IMG/VR virus record: IMGVR_UViG_3300028840_000792
Span: 1-51,203 of that record
DNA from: a virus
Lineage: Duplodnaviria > Caudoviricetes
Direction: 5' to 3' (one strand)
DNA length: 51,203 nucleotides
Shown: in pieces, positions 18,525 through 28,776 of the stretch
Layout: each line of letters opens with the position of its first letter
How positions within the stretch are numbered: position 1 is the first letter of the stretch
Translations under genes and position numbers: made by a program
Notes under the pieces: generated by a model
What the model was told of the DNA's origin: nothing
What the model saw: only the letters and a program-made list of their open reading frames with translations
Database searches by the model: none

Positions 18525-19858
18525 TGCCACCACTTCTTAAGAGACTACGAAAATCTCAACTGGATGCTCTACGTTGGAGTGACGACGTAGAGCATCCGGG
18601 GTTTTTCATTGATATGAGAGTTGGGAAGACCAAGCTCTCAATTCGACGTGTTAAAAAATGGAAATGTACCGGACCATTTTTAATTGTTTGTCCTGAGCCT
18701 GCTATCCAGGGCTGGATAGACGAACTTGAAGAAGAACTTGGAGTATCTCCTATTGAGTTAACTGGTTCAGCAAAACAGAGAAAAGATAAGCTTGAAAACG
18801 CTAACATCTTTGGATGGTATATAATAAACAAAGAAGGGCACCGTGCTCTTCCTGAACTGCGTTTAATTGACTGGGATGTAGTTATATTTGATGAATCGAG
18901 ATTCTTAGCGAATCCTAAATCGAAAATGAGTAAATTTTATGTGGACAATTTTAGAAATGTACGACACAGAATCATTCTCACAGGGACACCTGACTACAGA
19001 GAGAAATTGGATTTTTACCAGCAACTTAGATTTCTCGACTACAAATCCCTTCCATATAAAAACTATTGGGACTTTAGAGCCAAGGCATTTCACCATGTTG
19101 GATATGATTTCGTTATTAAAAAAGAACATGCTGAAATTCTTAAGACGGCGTTAAATAAATACTGTTACTTTGTTCGAAGAGAAGATATACAGGGAGGACG
19201 AACACAAGACCCTATAAAGAGAGTGTTTAAACTTCCAAGAAAAATTCGAAGAGAATATGATATAGTCGAAAAGGAATTTGTTCTTGAACATCAGAACATG
19301 AAGACTATATTTGCTACTGAAGCACATAAGTGGATGATGCGAATGTGTGGAGGTATGAGAGAAACTTCAGATGGTATCAAACTTGAGTGGGATCATAAAA
19401 TTAAAGAAGTAAGAAATATCATTGAATCACAACACGATGAAAGCATAGTTATATTCTGTAGATTTAAAGCTGAAGTATATGCTATAGCAGACCATCTCAG
19501 TGCTTGGGGATATGACACAATGCCGTTTACTGGTGATATACCTAAGAAAAATCGTAGAGAAATTATCACAGCATTTAAGAAAAAAAAGTTTAAAATATTG
19601 CCGGCACATCCTGCTGCTATATCTCACGGAACAGATTTATCAGCAGCAACAACAGTTGTATTTTATTCTCAACCAGCTGGTGGAGAATTACGTGACCAGT
19701 CTGAAAAGCGTATATTCACATTTAATGATGAAAAACACATGCTGATTATAGACTTGTTAGTCAAGGATACAGTTGACGAGGATGCACGTATCGGACACTT
19801 GGAAGGTGATTCACGAAGAAAACTATTTGAAAGAGCAGTTAAGCGATGGAAAAATTAG
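18524..19858 (+). CDS. SNF2-like (SF2) helicase
   Basis: DMRVGKT (Walker A), DESR (Walker B), LTGTP, HGTDL and Q...RI motifs. Confidence 0.85.
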   Translation: MPPLLKRLRKSQLDALRWSDDVEHPGFFIDMRVGKTKLSIRRVKKWKCTGPFLIVCPEPAIQGWIDELEEELGVSPIELTGSAKQRKDKLENANIFGWYIINKEGHRALPELRLIDWDVVIFDESRFLANPKSKMSKFYVDNFRNVRHRIILTGTPDYREKLDFYQQLRFLDYKSLPYKNYWDFRAKAFHHVGYDFVIKKEHAEILKTALNKYCYFVRREDIQGGRTQDPIKRVFKLPRKIRREYDIVEKEFVLEHQNMKTIFATEAHKWMMRMCGGMRETSDGIKLEWDHKIKEVRNIIESQHDESIVIFCRFKAEVYAIADHLSAWGYDTMPFTGDIPKKNRREIITAFKKKKFKILPAHPAAISHGTDLSAATTVVFYSQPAGGELRDQSEKRIFTFNDEKHMLIIDLLVKDTVDEDARIGHLEGDSRRKLFERAVKRWKN

Positions 19859-20352
19859 ATAATGTAATGACTGTTGACCCTGGATGGAATACCGGTATAG
19901 CATACTGGACAGGTGATAATGACCCAGTTACTTATGTTATCAAAGAGCCTCCTCGTAGGAAAAAAATTAAGATTGAACCAGCAAGACTTAAATTCATGTA
20001 TACATCATTCAGAAAAATTATTGAGACACTTCCTACAGTTCCTGATATCTGTATTATCGAAGGTGTTGAGATGTGGACAGGAAATGTCAGAAGTCTTACA
20101 GCAGCACAAAGAGGAAACTTATTTGCTCTTGCTTATTTGGTAGGAGGGTATATTAATATATGCCACATGTTCTGTATGACAGTGAAGCTTGTGTATCCTC
20201 GTGGAAATAAAGCAAAGGGTCAAATAATGTGGAAGGGTCAGTTGACTCCTGAAATGGTTGCTAAAAGAATTTATCGTATAAACAAAACAAAGTATCCAGA
20301 GCATATCAGAGAAGCTGTGGGTATAGGATTCAGTGTGATGGGAGTGTTATAA
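19846..20352 (+). CDS. RuvC-like Holliday junction resolvase
   Basis: VDPG..TGIA, IIEG, WKG and a C-terminal H.REA.GIG. Confidence 0.7.
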   Translation: MEKLDNVMTVDPGWNTGIAYWTGDNDPVTYVIKEPPRRKKIKIEPARLKFMYTSFRKIIETLPTVPDICIIEGVEMWTGNVRSLTAAQRGNLFALAYLVGGYINICHMFCMTVKLVYPRGNKAKGQIMWKGQLTPEMVAKRIYRINKTKYPEHIREAVGIGFSVMGVL

Positions 20353-21449
20353 TGCCTAGGAAGAAATCTGTAAAAAAGAAAGTTGCTAAACAACCAGTAA
20401 GACAGAAAAAAATTATCAGACCATCTGACTTGCCATGGCCTGATGACTGGGATATAATCAACATCGGATTAAGTCAAAGCCTTATATACCAGTGGAAGAC
20501 TTGTAAACGAAGATTCTTATTCATACTCAATGGGTACAGGAATCCGGCAAAAGATATTTCAACAAACTTTGGGAGTATATGTCATGAAGTCATGGACAAA
20601 GTTTTTTCTAATAATACGCCTCCTGGGAATAAGGGTGTGGTTAATATTATTGATAGATACTGTGACAAAAAACTTAAAGACGGAACTGGGGTTTCTCTCC
20701 AACAAATGGAAGTTGATGCTGCAAAAGCTGAAGCTACAATGATACCGTATTTTGAATTTTACAAAGATGATTTCAAGACAAAAAAATACTTTGATGTTGA
20801 ATCTCTTTTTCAGGCTAGATACAGCGGTGCAACTATCAGAGGGAAGATAGACGCTAAGTACAGAACTAAGAATGGAAAGAAGTGGCTGAAGGAACATAAA
20901 ACAAAAGGTCAAATAGACGAAGACGGCTTGTTGAAATACCTGCCTCTTGATTTTCAAAACCAATTTTATTTAACTGCTGATAGATACATGACAGGTGAAC
21001 TTGCTATCGGTGTGTTATACAATGTTGTTAGGAACTCAAGAGCGAGACCGTTGAAGAATGAAACTCTTATGGCATTTAAAAAGAAAGTCATGAATGAATG
21101 CAGAAAGAATCCTGAACATTTCTATAAGAGATGGGAATCTACATACAGTGAACATGACTTAGAAATATTTGGAAGAGACTTAGGCTTCGTCTTTGATGAA
21201 ATAAAGTTTAAAAACAAAATGCACGTATGGCCTAACACTTGGGCTTGTTTAAATCCATGGAGGTGTGAATTCCTCAGTGCTTGTTCATCAGACTCTTGTA
21301 AGTCTCTTGTTCAAATTGAAGGAGGAATCCATGATAAATTATTTCCAGAGCTAAAGGAGGATTCAGATGGTGGTAAAAAGAGTGTCAGCAAAAAGAAGAC
21401 AGCAGAAAGAAAGACCGCTAAGAGGGTCGCGAAAAAAAGAAAAGCTTGA
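20352..21449 (+). CDS. PD-(D/E)XK Cas4/AddB-like exonuclease
   Basis: S.S....W..C.RR, FGS..H, RGKID...EHKT, Q..FY and a C-terminal C....C....C cluster. Confidence 0.8.
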   Translation: MPRKKSVKKKVAKQPVRQKKIIRPSDLPWPDDWDIINIGLSQSLIYQWKTCKRRFLFILNGYRNPAKDISTNFGSICHEVMDKVFSNNTPPGNKGVVNIIDRYCDKKLKDGTGVSLQQMEVDAAKAEATMIPYFEFYKDDFKTKKYFDVESLFQARYSGATIRGKIDAKYRTKNGKKWLKEHKTKGQIDEDGLLKYLPLDFQNQFYLTADRYMTGELAIGVLYNVVRNSRARPLKNETLMAFKKKVMNECRKNPEHFYKRWESTYSEHDLEIFGRDLGFVFDEIKFKNKMHVWPNTWACLNPWRCEFLSACSSDSCKSLVQIEGGIHDKLFPELKEDSDGGKKSVSKKKTAERKTAKRVAKKRKA

Positions 21450-22248
21450 TTTGTCATTTCCTTCACAGGCAAATAAACCTTCAGGAAAACTGTCTGAAGC
21501 TGTTATTATGCTTTACGGAGAAAAGAAGATAGGGAAGACATCTCTTGCCGGTCAATTCAGTAAGAACATGCTTCATATAATGTGTGAACCAATGGCGCGT
21601 GAATTGCCTATACATCAGGTTGATGCTCCTGATTACGAACACTTCAAAGAATGGTGCAGAATGATTGTGGAAGAAAAACACAACTATGATTCTGTGTCTG
21701 TTGATACACTTCCTATTGTGTATAAATATGCAATGAAGTATACAGGAAAAGTCAGAGGATTTGAACATCCTCATGACGAAAAAGATTATGGGAAGTCATG
21801 GGGCTTTGTTGCTGATGACTTCAATGTTCCTCTTCAATTACTTTTACATTCAAAATTCGGTATTATATTTCACGCTCACGAAGTAACTGAAGACATTGAA
21901 ACAAGAGCTGGTGATACATTCACTAGAAGGAAACCTGAAGGTTCAGGTCAAGTCTGGGAATTTGTTAACGCTAACATCGAAAACATCTGGTATTTTCATA
22001 AAAGAGGAAGCCAGAGATTTCTTCAAGTGAGAGGAGATGATTATGCTTTTGCGTGTACCGCTTTTACTGATAAATTTTTTACTCCATCAGGTGAACAGAT
22101 TTTTGCAGTACCTATGGGAAACTCACCGACGGAAGGATACAAAAATCTGGTTAAGGCTTTTAAGAATCAACAGAAAGAAACTTATGAGGACTTTAGAGAA
22201 ACTAAAGAAGTAAGAACTCCAAGACGAACTGCAAGGAGACGTAAATAA
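21367..22248 (+). CDS. Sak4/AAA_24-like ATPase (recombination/annealing)
   Basis: YGEKKIGKT, VDT and F.AHE motifs; lies between the nuclease and SSB genes. Confidence 0.8.
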   Translation: MVVKRVSAKRRQQKERPLRGSRKKEKLDLSFPSQANKPSGKLSEAVIMLYGEKKIGKTSLAGQFSKNMLHIMCEPMARELPIHQVDAPDYEHFKEWCRMIVEEKHNYDSVSVDTLPIVYKYAMKYTGKVRGFEHPHDEKDYGKSWGFVADDFNVPLQLLLHSKFGIIFHAHEVTEDIETRAGDTFTRRKPEGSGQVWEFVNANIENIWYFHKRGSQRFLQVRGDDYAFACTAFTDKFFTPSGEQIFAVPMGNSPTEGYKNLVKAFKNQQKETYEDFRETKEVRTPRRTARRRK

Positions 22249-22277
22249 ACCAATCAACAATTAACAAGGAGAATACA

Positions 22278-23153
22278 ATGGCAATTAAATCAAAACTCGG
22301 TCAGCTCGATAAGAACTGGGGAGATGTCAAGGAAGAATTCGGGGACTCGACAGGTGGGTTTTCAACCGTACCTTCAGGTAACTATGTTCTTCATAAAGTC
22401 ACTGCAAAACTGGATGAGAGTGCCAGTTCAGGAAAACTCATGGTCAAGCGTTCTGCTGAAGTCAAAGAAGGCGACTATGAGGGAGAAACGATTTACGACA
22501 ATCTCAATATTGAGACAGATCGTGGTCCTGAATTTCTGCTCAAGTGGCTGAACTTGATGGGCTATCAGGTCGATTCACTGAAGGATGACCTCGAATCTGC
22601 CCTTGAAGCAATCACAAACAATCCTGATGCCACATACCAGTGTTCTGTCAAGGAAGCTGATGGATACAACAACATCTACTTCAACAAGTGTATTGATGAA
22701 GGCGATCCCGATGGCTCCGGAGATGAAGGTGGTTCTGATGACCCCGGAGATGGAGGTGATGGTATCGAACTTCCAGACCTCGATGAACTGACACGTCGTC
22801 AGTTAAAGAAGCTCATCAAGGAAAACAGCCTCAAGGTCGATGCTGATGAGCATGAAGATGATGACGATCTTCGTGATGCCATCGAAACTGCCGCGAAAGA
22901 AGCAAAACCCAAGAAAGAACCCAAATCTTCTGGTCGGTCTGCTTCACGGCGTTCTGCTTCTAAGTCTGGTGACAGTGAGATACTCAAGAAACTCACTAGC
23001 CTGAGTGAAGCTTTCGGTATTCAGTTTGAAGAAGGATGCAGTCTTTCTGAACTGAAGAAAACCCTTAAGGAATATACATTCAAGCCGAAGGACCTGGAGG
23101 ACGAGGAAGCACAAGCACTCAAAGACGCTGGTCTCGGAAGCATAATCAAATAA
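22278..23153 (+). CDS. Single-stranded DNA-binding protein (DUF669-like) with acidic linker and helical C-terminal domains
   Basis: VPSGNY, SSGKLMV and EGDYEG..IYD motifs; follows the Sak4-like gene; strong RBS. Confidence 0.7.
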   Translation: MAIKSKLGQLDKNWGDVKEEFGDSTGGFSTVPSGNYVLHKVTAKLDESASSGKLMVKRSAEVKEGDYEGETIYDNLNIETDRGPEFLLKWLNLMGYQVDSLKDDLESALEAITNNPDATYQCSVKEADGYNNIYFNKCIDEGDPDGSGDEGGSDDPGDGGDGIELPDLDELTRRQLKKLIKENSLKVDADEHEDDDDLRDAIETAAKEAKPKKEPKSSGRSASRRSASKSGDSEILKKLTSLSEAFGIQFEEGCSLSELKKTLKEYTFKPKDLEDEEAQALKDAGLGSIIK

Positions 23154-23168
23154 ATCACATTCAACATG

Positions 23169-23195
23169 GAAGGGAGCCTCTTGGCTCCCTTCTTT
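23169..23195 (+). terminator. GC-rich hairpin / weak terminator between SSB and polymerase genes
   Basis: GAAGGGAGCC-TCTT-GGCTCCCTTC followed by TTT. Confidence 0.7.
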
Positions 23196-23202
23196 AATCA
23201 TT

Positions 23203-25167
23203 ATGTTTAAAACATTTTTAGAAGAAAATAACACTGTAGCAATTGACTACGAAACAACCGGTTTCAATCCGTATAAGGGTGATAGGATATTTGCCTTTGT
23301 AGTTACTAATTGGAACTGCGAGTCTAAGATATACAGATTCGATCATACATCAGCAGTAAAGAAAAGAGTTGCTCAGGAAGTATTCGAATTTTTTCATAAA
23401 GACGATATAAAAAAAGTAGCGCACAATGCTAAGTTTGAAATGGGATTTACTTCAATGTACTTTGATGGGGTTCTGCCAAAGTCATTCTGGCATGACACAT
23501 ACATCATGTCAAAAATTTTAAAGAATATTCTACCAAGACATAAGCTTGAGACTCTTGCTGACAGATACTTCAGAGACATGATGCCAGAAGATGCTGAGAT
23601 GTGGGAATTTTATGACAAGCAAGTTAAGAAACACATGACTACTCAGAAGAGACTAATGAACAATTATCCAAAGAGAGTTGAACCTGAAATACTCCAACCA
23701 TTGTGGGACAATGGTATAACACCACTTATAACTGACAGACCAAACTATGGTTTGATTCCAGTGTCTATCATGAAGGGATATCAGGATGCTGATGGTGTTA
23801 GATGTATGCTACTGTTCAGACTAATGCTGTCAAAAATAAAAGAAGATGAAAGAATATGGGAGGATTATCTTAACGAACTTCATTTGTTGAAAGTTACTCA
23901 AAAAATGGAGCAACGTGGGATGATGATACATAAACGAAATTCTGATGAACTGATACGAAAACTTCAAAACGATCTTAAAGATATTGAAAAACAAAAGAAG
24001 AAAATTTTTGGATTTGATATAAACCTTGACAGTTGCGATCAGTTACAGAAACATTTGTTTGGATACATTAATCCAAAGAAACACGAGACATTAAACGAAG
24101 AGTGGAAAAGACATAGACCAGTATTTAATCTTACACCAAATGAAATGACTGCTGGTGGTGCTCCGTCAGCTTCAAAGGAAAATATACTTGCTCTTCAAAA
24201 ACATTATCCGAATAATCGTGTTCTTGATATGATACTAAGATATCGTGCCTGGGCTAAGGGTCAGACAATGATATATTCATATCAGGAAAACGCTGGTGAA
24301 AACCATATTATACATCCAACTACAAACACGAATGAAGCCAAGACAGGAAGACAGTCAGTGTCTAATCCTAATCTACAAAATGTAGCCAAGGAATTTTCTG
24401 TTAACACAGTGTATGGAATACCGGCCAGGAGATGTTTCAGACCAAGACCAGGTTATGTATACATGCTTGGTGACTATGCTGGAATAGAAATGAGATTAAT
24501 TATTGCTGCCAGTGGTCAGGAAGATTTAATCGAGGCTATGAATAATGACCCAGATTATGATGTTCATTCTGATAACGCTACAGTAATACTTGCTAAGGAT
24601 TTTACTGGTATCACTGACAGTAAGAAGATTAAGAGTGTTAGAGCTGATGTAAAGAATGCTACATTCGGTAGATGTTATGGCGCTAACTTGCCCACATGGT
24701 CTTCAGCATTAAGACAGACTGTAGAAGAAGCTAAACCTGGATGGGAGAGGTTTGCTGAAAAAAGAAATGAGTTATTTAACTTCACTAAAAATATGATGAT
24801 TGAAGTGAAAGAACATGGTTTCATTACATCAGCGTTTGGTCGTAAGTTAAGAGTTGACAAGGAATATTATGCAGCTAACTACAGGATTCAAGGTGATGCT
24901 GCTGGTATATTAAAGAGAGCACAGAATAACGTTGATGATTATATTCTTGGAGTTCATGACGGAGACTATGATAAGCTGGCTATGCTTTTAACAGTACATG
25001 ATGAAATTATTTTTGAAATGCATCGTTCTTGTCTTGAAGATAAAAATTATATACTTCATGATTTAGCATACTGTATGACTGACGTTGAAGAAATTAAGGT
25101 GCCTCTTGGTGTTGAATGGAAAATATCAACAACAAACTGGCAAGACGCTAAGGACTACATGCCATGA
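23203..25167 (+). CDS. polA: Family A DNA polymerase with 3'-5' exonuclease
   Basis: Exo motifs DYETTG, HNAKFE and Y...D; TGRQS..PNLQN; motif A DYAGIEMR; motif B R...K...FG..YG; motif C VHDEI. Confidence 0.93.
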   Translation: MFKTFLEENNTVAIDYETTGFNPYKGDRIFAFVVTNWNCESKIYRFDHTSAVKKRVAQEVFEFFHKDDIKKVAHNAKFEMGFTSMYFDGVLPKSFWHDTYIMSKILKNILPRHKLETLADRYFRDMMPEDAEMWEFYDKQVKKHMTTQKRLMNNYPKRVEPEILQPLWDNGITPLITDRPNYGLIPVSIMKGYQDADGVRCMLLFRLMLSKIKEDERIWEDYLNELHLLKVTQKMEQRGMMIHKRNSDELIRKLQNDLKDIEKQKKKIFGFDINLDSCDQLQKHLFGYINPKKHETLNEEWKRHRPVFNLTPNEMTAGGAPSASKENILALQKHYPNNRVLDMILRYRAWAKGQTMIYSYQENAGENHIIHPTTNTNEAKTGRQSVSNPNLQNVAKEFSVNTVYGIPARRCFRPRPGYVYMLGDYAGIEMRLIIAASGQEDLIEAMNNDPDYDVHSDNATVILAKDFTGITDSKKIKSVRADVKNATFGRCYGANLPTWSSALRQTVEEAKPGWERFAEKRNELFNFTKNMMIEVKEHGFITSAFGRKLRVDKEYYAANYRIQGDAAGILKRAQNNVDDYILGVHDGDYDKLAMLLTVHDEIIFEMHRSCLEDKNYILHDLAYCMTDVEEIKVPLGVEWKISTTNWQDAKDYMP

Positions 25168-25415
25168 TGGATAGAAAAAAGATGAGAGATAAGTTGGGTC
25201 ATCTTGATAAAAAACTTAAGATGTCTCTTGAATCTCAAATAACATTTGGAAAATATAAGGGTTGGTCTATCGAAGCCATCATTCAGGTTAACCCATCATA
25301 TATATCATGGTTGATATCTGAAAATCTTGTGGAGCTTGATAATGAAACTTATAGTGAATATATGTACCAGCTGGAGTCTCAGGGCGACAGACAATATAGA
25401 GAGGATAAGTCATGA
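25164..25415 (+). CDS. Small FGKYKG-motif protein (DUF3820 / ExoX C-terminal-like)
   Basis: ITFGKYKG.SI......PSYISWL. Confidence 0.7.
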   Translation: MMDRKKMRDKLGHLDKKLKMSLESQITFGKYKGWSIEAIIQVNPSYISWLISENLVELDNETYSEYMYQLESQGDRQYREDKS

Positions 25416-25633
25416 CTAAAATGGACATGCCAACTCTGATAAAGAGAATAATAAAGGAGGCAGCTCTTCCACCGACTGAGGAAGAGATGCTTTACAAATT
25501 TAACCGCCATCAGCTTCTTGAGCTATATGTATACATAACAGAACTCAAGAAGACTAATGAAGAATTGATTAAGAAAATACAGAAGATGAATCAATCAAGT
25601 GGTGGTGGGGATGTCAGAACTAGCGAGTCATAA
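25412..25633 (+). CDS. Hypothetical protein
   Basis: ATGA-coupled; GAGGA RBS. Confidence 0.6.
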   Translation: MTKMDMPTLIKRIIKEAALPPTEEEMLYKFNRHQLLELYVYITELKKTNEELIKKIQKMNQSSGGGDVRTSES

Positions 25634-27671
25634 AAACCTAACAACATTCAAGCAACACGGATTCATATACAAGGGTGAATCAGGCACTCAAGTGTATGGT
25701 CATTCAGTGTTCAGTGGTAAGGATAACTTCTGGATAAATCCTGATACAAAAATGTGGGACTGTAAAAACACTGGTGAATCAGGTGGATTTCAGCAGTTTC
25801 TAAAACGTGTTCATAACATGTCTCTTGACCACATTAAGGGTGAGAGACTTGGGTGGTTAAAAAAGAAGAGGGGCTTTTTAAGAGCTACAGTAAAACATCA
25901 CCAAGTTGGTTTTAATCCACATAATGATACGTATCTTATTCCAGTGTATGATGGTAAAGAAGATACTATGTGGGACTTGCGTATATACAATCCAAAGCTT
26001 AAGAAGATAATGGGCACTGCTGGATGCAATGTAGGTTTATACGGATGGGAGGAACTACAGAAATTTAAGAATGTTTGGGTTGTTGAAGGTGAGTGGGATA
26101 AGATGGCGATGTGGGAAATACTATATCGTACTGATAGATTGAAGGATGAAACTGTTGTTGCTGTTCCTGGTGCTAATACATTCAAGTCTGACTGGTGCCA
26201 GTTGTTCAAAGAAAAGAATGTTACTGTTGTTTATGACCACGATCTTCCAAAATCTGTAGGAGGAGTTGTTAGACCTGGAGCCGGACCAGCTGGAACAGTC
26301 AAGGTATACAAGGCACTTAAAAATATTTGCAAGTCAATCAAGTTTGTTAACTGGCCTGAAGATTTATCTGATGGTTACGATGTAAATGATTTACTGCGTG
26401 ATGTAAGAAATCATAAGAGATGTTATGACAAACTTGTAAGTTATTCTAGTCGTAATATACCAATTGAAGAACAGTATCTCAATGAAGTACTTGAAGAGAA
26501 TAAGACTGATGAGGAAATATTTGTAGGAGAATTTATTAAACCGGAAGATGTATACAAGGAATATCAAAAATGGTTTTATTTACCAGACACGACTGTGATT
26601 GATGTAGTATATGGAACTATAATTGCTAATCGTCTTGAGGGGGATCCTCTTTGGTTGTTTTTAATCGCGCCTTCAGGCGCCACTAAGACTGAAATATGTC
26701 TTAGTATATCGGAGGCACCCAGAGTGGTGTCTGTCACAACCATGACTCCGCATAGCCTGGTTTCCGGAGCCAATTTTGCTGGAGGAGGGGATCCCTCTCT
26801 CATTCCTTTGCTTGATGGTAAGGTTCTTATCATTAAAGACTTCACTACAATACTTAACATGAATAGCACAGCACGTGATGAAATTTTTGGTATACTTCGT
26901 GATGCGTACGATGGTAAGATTGAAAAGATGTTTGGCAACGGAGTATTTAGAAGTTATCTTTCTAAATTCGGAATCGTAGCGGGAGTGACGCCCGCTATCG
27001 AACTGTATATAACTGGTAACACTGCATTTGGTGAAAGATTTCTTGGGTACAAGATACCTGTATCAACTTCTCATAAAGAACGTATACATTATCTCAAACA
27101 GGCAATGAAGAATGTAAACAAAGAAGATAAGTTGAGGGAAGGTCTTAGGGAATTCGGTAAGAAAGTTTTATCATATAACTATACAAAAAATTCTGTTGAT
27201 ATACCAGAATCTCTTACAAACAAGTTGATGGTTCTTGCTGAATGGACAGCAACAATGAGGGGAACAGTAACACGAGACCAATATTCAAAAGAAGTGATAG
27301 CAAAACCATTTATTGAATTAGCTACTCGTTTAGTTAAGCAGTACAAAAAGTTTTTAATAGGCACAACTCTATTCAGAGGAAAAAGAAAAGCAACACGTAA
27401 TGAGTACTCTATAATAAGAGACATAGCAGTCAGCTCAGTGGCAAATGACTTGAATGATATTACAAAATACCTATACGAACGTGGTTTGGGAAAGTGGTCT
27501 GAGTATAAACAGATACTCGAAGCAACAGGTCTTCCTTCAGAGAACCTACGACGAAAAATTGAAAACTTAATTCTACTTAAAGTAATTCATAAACAAAAAA
27601 CCGGTATGACACTATACTATTCAATTGATGAGGAGATACATGACCTCATTAAGACAGGAGGTATATACTAA
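25611..27671 (+). CDS. Primase-helicase fusion (TOPRIM plus MCM-like AAA+ plus wHTH)
   Basis: TOPRIM VVEGEWD, VPGA, YDHD and D.ND; P-loop APSGATKT, IIKDFTT, LRDAYDG and GERFL; C-terminal HTH-like segment. Confidence 0.82.
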   Translation: MSELASHKNLTTFKQHGFIYKGESGTQVYGHSVFSGKDNFWINPDTKMWDCKNTGESGGFQQFLKRVHNMSLDHIKGERLGWLKKKRGFLRATVKHHQVGFNPHNDTYLIPVYDGKEDTMWDLRIYNPKLKKIMGTAGCNVGLYGWEELQKFKNVWVVEGEWDKMAMWEILYRTDRLKDETVVAVPGANTFKSDWCQLFKEKNVTVVYDHDLPKSVGGVVRPGAGPAGTVKVYKALKNICKSIKFVNWPEDLSDGYDVNDLLRDVRNHKRCYDKLVSYSSRNIPIEEQYLNEVLEENKTDEEIFVGEFIKPEDVYKEYQKWFYLPDTTVIDVVYGTIIANRLEGDPLWLFLIAPSGATKTEICLSISEAPRVVSVTTMTPHSLVSGANFAGGGDPSLIPLLDGKVLIIKDFTTILNMNSTARDEIFGILRDAYDGKIEKMFGNGVFRSYLSKFGIVAGVTPAIELYITGNTAFGERFLGYKIPVSTSHKERIHYLKQAMKNVNKEDKLREGLREFGKKVLSYNYTKNSVDIPESLTNKLMVLAEWTATMRGTVTRDQYSKEVIAKPFIELATRLVKQYKKFLIGTTLFRGKRKATRNEYSIIRDIAVSSVANDLNDITKYLYERGLGKWSEYKQILEATGLPSENLRRKIENLILLKVIHKQKTGMTLYYSIDEEIHDLIKTGGIY

Positions 27672-27982
27672 TGTTGACACAAATGTTTGAACTGCAAGAA
27701 AGTTTACAAGAAGTAGTTGGGAGTGACGTTCAGTCTCAAGAATTCAGAAACATGACAGCTCTGGCTCTTTCATCCGAGATACACGAAGCTCTTGGTGAAA
27801 CACCATGGAAACCCTGGAAGAAGAAACAGAAACTAAACGTGGAAAGATACAAGGGTGAGATTGTTGACTGTTGGGCTTTCCTTATTAATCTTACATTTCC
27901 AGTGATGGACGCTAAGGAATTGTTCGATAGATTTGTAGAGAAAAATGAAATCAATGTACGAAGACAAATGACTGGGTATTGA
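27671..27982 (+). CDS. Dimeric all-alpha dUTPase/dCTPase (MazG superfamily)
   Basis: E..E...E.PWKPWK...E.VD..F and EKNEIN..RQ..GY motifs. Confidence 0.82.
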   Translation: MLTQMFELQESLQEVVGSDVQSQEFRNMTALALSSEIHEALGETPWKPWKKKQKLNVERYKGEIVDCWAFLINLTFPVMDAKELFDRFVEKNEINVRRQMTGY

Positions 27983-27983
27983 T

Positions 27984-28157
27984 ATGCACATGTCACACTG
28001 GCGCGTTACTTATATCGATGATCGACTTAATTTCTACACAGCTAGAACACGTTATCCTGTTGATTTGGACAAGTTTCTTCAGATATTGCACGGCCACAAG
28101 CTTATTGACAATATTATAAAGATAGAAAGAATTCCACACGAAATGGAGATACACTGA
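27984..28157 (+). CDS. Hypothetical 57-aa protein (not in ORF track)
   Basis: MHMSHWRVTYIDD...EMEIH; fills the gap and is TGATG-coupled to the next gene. Confidence 0.55.
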   Translation: MHMSHWRVTYIDDRLNFYTARTRYPVDLDKFLQILHGHKLIDNIIKIERIPHEMEIH

Positions 28158-28342
28158 TGCCATATTATGTATGTGACCATAGAAAATCGTGTGATTGTAC
28201 ACAAGCTGATTGTATACATCATGACACACATAAGCTCAGAATGGTTATAAGTAACTTATGTAATCATGAGTCATACTGTCCTGAAGTTGGAGAGACTACT
28301 AGGTGCAGAAAGTCAACATCTAGTTTTGGGAGGACGGAATGA
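28157..28342 (+). CDS. Small Cys/His-rich protein
   Basis: 7 Cys in 61 aa; coupled to both neighbours. Confidence 0.6.
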   Translation: MPYYVCDHRKSCDCTQADCIHHDTHKLRMVISNLCNHESYCPEVGETTRCRKSTSSFGRTE

Positions 28343-28776
28343 AGATAGTTGCTTTCTTACAGAACTGTTGGTTTCCACCAGGAACTAGTCTTTATCATAT
28401 TCGTAGGTATCTTATCAATGACGATTTTAGGAGAAAGGTTTTAAAAAAGGGATGGTCAGGTAAGAGATTGATGAACGCATTCGGTGAAGAATTGTTTGAT
28501 AAAATTATTTGGGACAATGCTTCACTTGAAGTTGGAGCTACGCCAGGTCATCGTGCTGATGCTGACAGAAACCATATTGCTAATGTTATATACAATCACA
28601 GTCCTGATTTAATATTGACATTCGGTACAGTTGCTAGAGACGCTGTACGGATAGTTAACAGGACGTGTGGGGATGGGGCATGTGTACTATCAACTAAACA
28701 CCCAAATGCAAGAGGATTTACAAACGAAGAACTGTCTCATTTTGTCAAACAAGTAAAGGAGTGGATAAATGAATAA
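28339..28776 (+). CDS. Uracil-DNA glycosylase superfamily fold protein
   Basis: LQN.W (motif-1-like), SGKRL, WDNAS, PDLILTFG..A and HPNAR (motif-2-like). Confidence 0.65.
   Translation: MKIVAFLQNCWFPPGTSLYHIRRYLINDDFRRKVLKKGWSGKRLMNAFGEELFDKIIWDNASLEVGATPGHRADADRNHIANVIYNHSPDLILTFGTVARDAVRIVNRTCGDGACVLSTKHPNARGFTNEELSHFVKQVKEWINE

Noticed and set aside
20352-21449. CRISPR-associated Cas4
   Set aside because: There are no other cas genes or array; the context is the common nuclease-Sak4-SSB recombination module.
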